64,000 nucleotides of DNA from Eledone cirrhosa (lineage: Eukaryota). The notes under the pieces are model-generated. The model saw nothing but the letters and a program-made list of their open reading frames with translations, searched no databases and was not told the DNA's origin. Of the stretch, positions 54,901-64,000 are shown piece after piece (position 1 is the first letter of the stretch; each line of letters begins with the position of its first letter). Location of the stretch: contig OZ024741.1 in assembly GCA_964016885.1 (NCBI GenBank), positions 12,214,001 to 12,278,000 of the forward strand. Reading direction: 5' to 3'. The position numbers and the translations under genes were made by a program.

Positions 54901-57900
54901 GTCTCAGGAGATCGGAGAGTCACTCCAGGTAGAGCTGCTACTTCTCCGAATTGAGAGATCACAGCTCTGATATTAAGGTTATGGGGTTAGAATGTCTAAG
55001 GAGATCAGAGAGTCACTCCAGGTAGAGATGCTACTTCTCCGAATTTAGAGATCACAGCTCTGATATTAAGGGTATGTGGTTAGAACGTCTCAGGAGATCT
55101 GAGAGTCATTCCAGGTAGGGCTGCTACTTCTCCGAATTGAGAGATTACAGCTCTGATATTAAGGGTATGGGGTTAGAGTGTCTCAGGAGATCAGAGAATC
55201 ACAACAGGTAGAGCTGCTACTCCTCCGATTTGAGATATCACATCTCTGATATTAAGGGTATGTGGTTAGAATGTCTCGGGAGATCAGAGAGTCACTCCAG
55301 GTAGAGCTGCTACTTCTCCGAATTGAGAGATCACAGCTCTGATATTAAGGGTATGGGGTTAGAATGTCTCAGGAGATCAGAGAGTCATTCCAGTTAGAGC
55401 TGCTACTTCTCCGACTTGAGAGATCACAGCTCTGATATTAAGGGTATGTGGTTACAATGTCTCAGGAGATCAGAGAGTCACTCCAGGTAGAGCTGCTACT
55501 TCTCCGAATTGAGAGATCACAGCTCTGATATTAAGGATATGGGATTAGCATGTCTCAGGAGATCAGAGAGTCATTCCAGGTAAAGCTGCTACTTCTCCGA
55601 ATTGAGAGATTACAGCTCTGATATTAGGGGTATGTGGTTAGAATGTCTCAGAAAATCAGAGAGTCACTCTAGGTCGAGCTGCTACTTCTCTGAATTGAGA
55701 GATCACAGCTCTGATATTAAGGGTATGTGGTTAGAATGTCTCAGGAGATCAGAGAGTCACTCCAGGTAGAGCTGCTACTTCTCCGAATTGAGAGATCACA
55801 GCTCTGATATTAAGGCTATGTGGTTAGAATGTCTCAGGAGATCAGAGAATCATTCCAGGTAGCGCTGCTACTTCTCCGAATTGAGAGATCACAGCTCTGA
55901 TATTAAGGGTATGAGGCTAGAATATCTCAGGAGATCAGAAAGTCTCTCCAGGTAGAGCTGCTACTTCTCAGAATTGAGAGATTACAGCTCTGATATTAAG
56001 GGTATGAGGTTAGAATATCTCAGAAGATCAGAGAGTCAGTCCAAGTAAAGCTGCTACTTCTCCGAATTGAGAGACCACAGCTCTGATATTAAGGGTATGT
56101 GGTTAGAATGTCTCAGGAGATCAGAGAGTCACTCCAGGTAGAGCTGCTACTTCTCCTAATTGAGAGATCACAGCTCTGATATTAAGGGTATGTGGTTAGA
56201 ATGTCTCAGGAGATCTGAGAGTCATTCCAGGTAGGGCTGCTACTTCTCCGAATTGAGAGACCATAGTTCTCATGTTAAGGGTATGTGGTTAGAATGTCTC
56301 AGGAGATCAGAGAGTCATTCCAGGTAGGGCTGCTACTTCTCCGAATTGAGAGACCATAGTTCTCATGTTAAGGGTATGTGGTTAGAATGTCTCAGGAGAT
56401 CAGAGAGTCATTCCAGGTAGAGCTGCTACTTCTCCGAATTGAGAGATCACAGCTCTGATATTAAGGTTATGGGGTTAGAATGTCTAAGGAGATCAGAGAG
56501 TCACTCCAGGTAGAGCTGATACTTCTCCGAATTGAGAGATTACAGCTCTGATATTAAGGGTATGTGCTTAGAATGTCTCAGGAGATCAGAGAGTCATTCC
56601 AGGTAGAGCTGCTACTTCTCTGAATTGAGAGATCACAGCTCTGATATTAAGGGTATGTGGTTAGAATGTCTCAGGAGATCAGAGAATCACAACAGGTAGA
56701 GCTCCTACTCCTCCGAATTGAGATATCACATCTCTGATATTAAGGGTATGTGGTTAGAATGTCTCAGGAGATCAGAGAGTCATTCCAGGTAGAGCTGCTA
56801 CTTCTCTGAATTGAGAGATCACAGCTCTGATATTAAGGGTATGTGGTTAGAATGTCTCAGGAGATCAGAGTGTCATTCCAGGTAAAGCTGCTACTTCTCC
56901 AAATTGAGAGATTACAGCTCTGATATTAGGGGTATGGCGTTAGAATGTCTCAGGAGATCAGAGAGTCACTCCAGGTAGAGCTGCTACTTCTCTGAATTGA
57001 GAGATCACAGCTCTGATATTAAGGGTATGTTGTTAGAATGACTCAGAATATCAGAGAGTCACTCCAGGTAGAGATGCTACTTCTCCGAATTGAGAGATCA
57101 CAGAGCAGATATTAGGGGTATGTGGTTAGAATGTCTCAGGAAAACAGAGAATCACTCCAGGTAGAGCTGCTACTTCTCTAAATTGAGAGATCACAGCTCT
57201 CATATTAAGGGTATGTGGTTAGAATGTCTCAGGAGATCAGAGAGTCACTCCAGGTAGAGCTGCTACTTCTCCAAATTGAGAGATCACAGCTCTGATATTA
57301 AGGGTATGTGGTTAGAATGTCTCAGGAGATCATAGAGTCACTCCAGGTAGAGCTGCTACTTCTCCGAATTGAGAGATCACAGCTCTGATATTAAGGGTAT
57401 GTGGTTAGAATGTCTCAGGAGTTCAGAGAGTCACCCCAGGTAGGGCTGCTACTTCTCCGAATTGAGAGATTACAGCTCTGATATTAAGGGTATGTGGTTA
57501 GAATGTGTCAGGAGATCAGAGAATCACAACAGGTAGAGCTCCTACTCCTCCGAATTGAGATATCACATCTCTGATATTAAGGGTATGTGGTTAGAATGTC
57601 TCAGGAGATCAGAGAGTCATTCCAGGTAGAGCTGCTACTTCTCTGAATTGAGAGATCACAGCTCTGATATTAAGGGTATGTGGTTAGAATGTCTCAGGAG
57701 ATCAGAGTGTCATTCCAGGTAAAGCTGCTACTTCTCCGAATTGAGAGATTACAGCTCTGATATTAGGGGTATGTGGTTAGAATGTCTCAGGAAATCAGAG
57801 AGTCACTCCAGGTAGAGCTGCTACTTCTCTGAATTGAGAGATCACAGCTCTGATATTAAGGGTATGTTGTTAGAATGACTCAGAATATCAGAGAGTCACT

Positions 57901-60900
57901 CCAGGTAGAGATGCTACTTCTCCGAATTGAGAGATCACAGAGCAGATATTAGGGGTATGTGGTTAGAATGTCTCAGGAAAACAGAGAGTCACTCCAGGTA
58001 GAGCTGCTACTTCTCTGAATTGAGAGATCACAGCTCTCATATTAAGGGTATGTGGTTAGAATGTCTCAGGAGATCAGAGAGTCACTCCAGGTAGAGCTGC
58101 TACTTATGCAAATTGAGAGATCACAGCTCTGATATTAAGGGTATGTGGTTAGAATGTCTCAGGAGATCATAGAGTCACTCCAGGTAGAGCTGCTACTTCT
58201 CCGAATTGAGAGATCACAGCTCTGATATTAAGGGTATGTGGTTAGAATGTCTCAGGAGATCTGAGAGTCATTCCAGGTAGAGTGGCTACTACTCCGAATT
58301 GAGAGATCACAGCTCTGATATTAAGGTTATGGGGTTAGAATGTCTAAGGACATCAGAGAATCACAACAGGTAGAGCTGCTACTCCTCCGAATTGAGATAT
58401 CACATCTCTGATATTAAGGGTATGTGGTTAGAATGTCTCAGGAGATCAGAGAGTCATTCCAGGTAAAGCTGCTACTTCTCCGAATTGAGAGACCATAGTT
58501 CTGATATTAAGGGTATGTGGTTAAAATGTCTCAGGAGATCAGAGAGTCATTCCAGGTAGAGCTGCTACTTCTCCGAATTGAGAGATCACAGCTCTGATAT
58601 TAAGGTTATGGGGTTAGAATGTCTAAGGAGATCAGAGAGTCACTCCAGGTAGAGATGCTACTTCTCCGAATTTAGAGATCACAGCTCTGATATTAAGGGT
58701 ATGTGATTAGAATGTCTCAGGAGATCAGAGAGTCACTCCAGGTAGAACTGCTACTTCTCCGAATTTAGAGATTACAGCTCTGATATTAAGGGTATGTGGT
58801 TAGAATGTCTCAGGAGATCAGAGAATCACAACAGGTAGAGCTGCTATTCCTCCGAACTGAGATATCACATCTCTGATATTAAGGGTATGTGGTTAGAATG
58901 TCTCAGGAGATCAGAGAGTCTCTCCAGGTAGAGCGGCTAGTACTCCGATTTGAGAGATTACAGCTCTGATATTAAGGGTATGTGCTTAGAATGTCTCAGG
59001 GGATCAGAGAGTCATTCCAGATAGAGCTGCTACCTCTCCGAATTGAGAGATCACAGCTCTGATATTAAGGGTATGTGGGTAGAATGTCTCAGGAGATCGG
59101 AGAATCACTCCAGGTAGAGCTGCTACTTCTCCGAATTGAGAGATCACAGCTCTGATATTAAGGGTATGTGGTTAGAATGTCTCAGGAGATCAGAGAGTCA
59201 TTCCAGGTAGAGCTGCTACTTCTCCGAATTGAGAGATCACAGCTCTGATATTAAGGGTATTTGGTTAGAATGTCTCAGGAGATCAGAGAGTCACTCCAGG
59301 TAGAGCGGCTACTACGCCGATTTGAGAGATCACAGCTCTGATATTAAGGGTATGTGGTTAGAATGTCTCAGAAGATCAGATAGTCAGTCCAGGTAAAGCT
59401 GCTACTTCTCCGAATTGAGAGATCACAGCTCTGATATTAAGGGTATGTGGTTAGAATGTCTCAGGAGATCACAGAGTCACTCCAGGTAGAGATGCTACTT
59501 CTCCGAATTGAGAGATCACAGCTCGGATATTAGGGGTATGTGGTTAGAATGTCTATGGAAATCAGAGAGTCACTCCAGGAAACGCTGCTACTTCTCTGAA
59601 TTGAGAGATCACAGCTCTGATATTAAGGGTATGTGGTTAGAATGTCTCAGGAGATCAGAGTGTCATTCAAGGTAAAGCTGCTACTTCTCCGAATTGAGAG
59701 ATTACAGCTCTGATATTAGGGGTATGTGGTTAGAATGTCTCAGGAAATCAGAGAGTCACTCCAGGTAGAGCTGCTACTTCTCTGAATTGAGAGATCACAG
59801 CTCTGATATTAAGGGTATGTTGTTAGAATGACTCAGAATATCAGAGAGTCACTCCAGGTAGAGATGCTACTTCTCCGAATTGAGAGATCACAGCTCTGAT
59901 ATTAAGGGTATGTGGTTAGAATGTCTCAGGAGATCAGAGTCATTCCAGGTAGAGCTGCTACTTCTCCGAAATGAGAGATCACAGCTCTAATATTAAGGGT
60001 ATGAGGTTAGAATGTCTCAGGAGTTCAGAGAGTCACTCCAGGTAGAGCTGCTACTTCTCCGAATTGAGAGATCACAGCTCTAATATTAGGGGTATGTGGT
60101 TAGAATGTCTCAGGAAATCAGAGAGTCACTCCAGGTAACGCTGCTACTTCTCTGAATTGAGAGATCACAGCTCTGATATTAATGGTATGTGGTTAGAATG
60201 TCTCAGGAGATCAGAGAGTCACTCCAGGTAGAGCTGCTACTTCTCTGAATTGAGAGATCACAGCTCTGATATTAAGGGTATGTTGTTAGAATGACTCAGA
60301 ATATCAGAGAGTCACTCCAGGTAGAGATGCTACTTCTCCGAATTGAGAGATCACAGCGCAGATATTAGGGGTATGTGGTTAGAATGTCTCAGGAAAACAG
60401 AGAGTCACTCCAGGTAAAGCTGCTACTTCTCTGAATTGAGAGATCACAGCTCTGATATTAAGGGTATGTGGTTAGAATGTCTCAGGAGATCAGAGAGTCA
60501 CACCAGGTAGAGCTGCTACTTCTCCAAATTGAGAGATCACAGCTCTGATATTAAGGTTATGGGGTTAGAATGTCTAAGGAGATCAGAGAATCACAACAGG
60601 TAGAGCTGCTACTCCTCCGAATTGAGATATCACATCTCTGATATTAAGAGTATGTGGTTAGAATGTCTCAGGAGATCAGAGAGTCATTCCAGGTAAAGCT
60701 GCTACTTCTCCGAATTGAGAGACCATAGTTCTGATATTAAGGGTATGTGGTTAGAATGTCTCAGGAGATCAGAGTGTCATTCCAGGTAAAGCTGCTACTT
60801 CTCCGAATTGAGAGATTACAGCTCTGATATTAGGGGTATGTGGTTAGAATGTCTCAGGAAATCAGAGAGTCACTCCAGGTAGAGCTGCTACTTCTCTGAA

Positions 60901-63900
60901 TTGAGAGATCACAGCTCTGATATTAAGGGTATGTTGTTAGAATGACTCAGAATATCAGAGAGTCACTCCAGGTAGAGATGCTACTTCTCCGAATTGAGAG
61001 ATCACAGAGCAGATATTAGGGGTATGTGGTTAGAATGTCTCAGGAAAACAGAGAGTCACTCCAGGTAGAGCTGCTACTTCTCTGAATTGAGAGATCACAG
61101 CTCTCATATTAAGGGTATGTGGTTAGAATGTCTCAGGAGATCAGAGAGTCACTCCAGGTAGAGCTGCTACTTCTCCAAATTGAGAGATCACAGCTCTGAT
61201 ATTAAGGGTATGTGGTTAGAATGTCTCAGGAGATCTGAGAGTCATTCCAGGTAGAGTGGCTACTACTCCGAATTGAGAGATCACAGCTCTGATATTAAGG
61301 TTATGGGGTTAGAATGTCTAAGGAGATCAGAGAATCACAACAGGTAGAGCTGCTACTCCTCCGAATTGAGATATCACATCTCTGATATTAAGCGTATGTG
61401 GTTAGAATGTCTCAGGAGATCAGAGAGTCATTCCAGGTAAAGCTGCTACTTCTCCGAATTGAGAGACCATAGTTCTGATATTAAGGGTATGTGGTTAGAA
61501 TGTCTCAGGAGATCAGAGAGTCACTGCAGGTAGAACTGCAACTTCTCCGAATTGAGAGATCACAGCTCTGATATTAAGGGTATGGGGTTAGAATGTCTCA
61601 GGAGATCAGAGAGTCACTCCAGGTAGAGCTGATACTTCTCCGAATTGAGAGATTACAGCTCTGATATTAAGGGTATGTGGTTAGAATGTCTCAGGAGATC
61701 AGAGAGTCATTCCAGGTAGAGCTGCTACTTCTCTGAATTGAGAGATCACAGCTCTGATATTAAGGGTATGTGGTTAGAATGTCTCAGGAGATCAGAGAGT
61801 CATTCCAGGTAAAGCTGCTACTTCTACGAATTGAGAGATTACAGCTCTGATATTAAGGGTATGTGGTTAGAATGTCTCAGGAAATCAGAGAGTCACTCCA
61901 GGTAGAGCTGCTACTTCTCTGAATTGAGAGATCACAGCTCTGATATTAAGGGTATGTTGTTAGAATGACTCAGAATATCAGAGAGTCACTCCAGGTAGAG
62001 CTGCTACTTCTCTGAATTGAGAGATCACAGCTCTGATATTAATGGTATGTGGTTAGAATGTCTCAGGAGATCAGAGTGTCATTCCAGGTAAAGCTGCTAC
62101 TTCTCCGAATTGAGAGATTACAGCTCTGATATTAGGGGTATGTGGTTAGAATGTCTCAGGAAATCAGAGAGTCACTCCAGGTAGAGCTGCTACTTCTCTG
62201 AATTGAGAGATCACAGCTCTGATATTAAGGGTATGTTGTTAGAATGACTCAGAATATCAGAGAGTCACTCCAGGTAGAGATGCTACTTCTCCGAATTGAC
62301 AGATCACAGCTCTGATATTAAGGGTATGTGGTTAGAATGTCTCAGGAGATCAGAGTCATTCCAGGTAGAGCTGCTACTTCTCCGAATTGAGAGATCACAG
62401 CTCTGATATTAAGGGTATGAGGTTAGAATGTCTCAGGAGTTCAGAGAGTCACTCCAGGTAGAGATGCTACTTCTCCGAATTGAGAGATCACAGCTCTCAT
62501 ATTAGGGGTATGTGGTTAGAATGTCTCAGGAAATCAGAGAGTCACTCCAGGTAACGCTGCTACTTCTCTGAATTGAGAGATCACAGCTCTGATATTAATG
62601 GTATGTGGTTAGAATGTCTCAGGAAATCAGAGAGTCACTCCATGTAACGCTGCTACTTCTCCGAATTGAGAGATCACAGCGCAGATATTAGGGGTATGTG
62701 GTTAGAATGTCTCAGAAAAACAGAGAGTCACTCCAGGTAGAGCTGCTACTTCTCTGAATTGAGAGATCACAGCTCTGATATTAAGGGTATGTGGTTAGAA
62801 TGTCTCAGGAGATCAGAGAGTCACTCCAGGTAGAGCTGCTACTTCTCCGAATTGAGAGATCACAGCTCTGATATTAAGGGTATGTGGTTAGAATGTCTCA
62901 GGAGATCTGAGAGTCATTCCAGGTAGAGTGGCTACTACTCCGAATTGAGAGATCACAGCTCTGATATTAAGGTTATGGGGTTAGAATGTCTAAGGAGATC
63001 AGAGAATCACAACAGGTAGAGCTGCTACTCCTCCGAATTGAGATATCACATCTCTGATATTAAGGGTATGTGGTTAGAATGTCTCAGGAGATCAGAGAGT
63101 CATTCCAGGTAAAGCTGCTACTTCTCCGAATTGAGAGACCATAGTTCTGATATTAAGGGTATGTGGTTAGAATGTCTCAGGAGATCAGAGAGTCATTCCA
63201 GGTAGAGCTGCTACTTCTCCGAATTGAGAGATCACAGCTCTGATATTAAGGTTATGGGGTTAGAATGTCTAAGGAGATCAGAGAGTCACTCCAGGTAGAG
63301 ATGCTACTTCTCCGAATTTAGAGATCACAGCTCTGATATTAAGGGTATGTGGTTAGAACGTCTCAGGAGATCTGAGGGTCATTCCAGGTAGGGCTGCTAC
63401 TCCTCCGAACTGAGATATCACATCTCTGATATTAAGGGTATGTGGTTAGAATGTCTCAGGAGATCAGAGAGTCACTCCAGGTAGAGCGGCTAGTACTCCG
63501 ATTTGAGAGATTACAGCTCTGATATTAAGGGTATGTGCTTAGAATGTCTCAGGGGATCAGAGAGTCATTCCATGTAGAGCTGCTACCTCTCCGAATTGAG
63601 AGATCACAGCTCTGATATTAAGGGTATGTGGGTAGAATGTCTCAGGAGATCGGAGAATCACTCCAGGTAGAGCTGCTACTTCTCCGAATTGAGAGATCAC
63701 AGCTCTGATATTAAGAGTATGTGGTTAGAATGTCTCAAGAGATCAGAGAGTCATTCCAGGTAGAGCTGCTACTTCTCCGAATTGAGAGATCACAGCTCTG
63801 ATATTAAGGGTATTTGGTTAGAATGTCTCAGGAGATGAGAGGGTCACTCCAGGTAGAGCGGCTACTACTCCGATTTGAGAGATCACAGTTCTGATATTAA

Positions 63901-64000
63901 GGGTATGTGGTTAGAATGTCTCAGAAGATCAGATAGTCAGTCCAGGTAAAGCTGCTACTTCTCCGAATTTAGAGATCACAGCTCTGATATTAAGGGTATG
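49000..64000 (+). repeat. Distinct variant sub-domain of the array
   Basis: Variants cacaacagg...gagatatcacatctc (first at ~49711), gactcagaatatc (first at ~57040), cagagcagat and ggtaacgctg are seen only here. The gtgtcacacc marker typical of 4-49 kb is last seen at ~48593. Confidence 0.8.

Larger units (their letters stand above)
1..64000 (+). repeat. 93-bp tandem satellite DNA array, 688 full copies plus a partial copy, head-to-tail
   Basis: Consensus GAGATCACAGCTCTGATATTAAGGGTATGTGGTTAGAATGTCTCAGGAGATCAGAGAGTCA(C/T)TCCAGGTAGAGCTGCTACTTCTCCGAATTGA recurs at 1, 94, 187 and onward. The last unit starts at 63972, which equals 1 + 688x93 - 13 and matches the net 13 bp lost in the 11 small indels I located. 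Copies typically differ from consensus by 0-5 substitutions. Confidence 0.99.

Noticed and set aside
1-64000. Giant repeat-protein CDS, since 93 bp = 31 codons
   Set aside because: All six frames of the consensus contain at least one stop per monomer, and frameshifting indels persist in the array.
1-64000. CRISPR array or repeat-spacer system
   Set aside because: There are no unique spacers; the entire unit is repeated with only point variants.
1-64000. Assignment as a functional centromere or to a specific species
   Set aside because: No diagnostic motif was recognised; this needs ChIP data or a database search.

Overview
The whole 64 kb window is one uninterrupted head-to-tail satellite array: a 93-bp monomer (~45% GC), 688 complete copies plus a 29-bp partial copy, all in one orientation and running off both ends. 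I found no genes, RNA genes, CRISPR spacers or foreign insertions, and the consensus has stop codons in all six frames. The main hidden signal is that one + strand frame of the monomer reads EIRESLQVE(L/P)[19 protein letters not shown]. By my recall this closely resembles the post-RT C-terminal ORF2 segment of RTE-clade LINEs (Rex3/Expander-like '[29 protein letters not shown]'), so the satellite appears to have arisen by tandem amplification of a 31-codon fragment of a dead retrotransposon. The array also records its turnover: recent tandem block duplications of 3, 9, 10, 15, 24 and ~49 monomers, an irregular recurrent cassette of variant monomers, a change of variant family near 49 kb, and CpG-decay patterns. 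The source is probably eukaryotic heterochromatin; the organism cannot be determined from this sequence.
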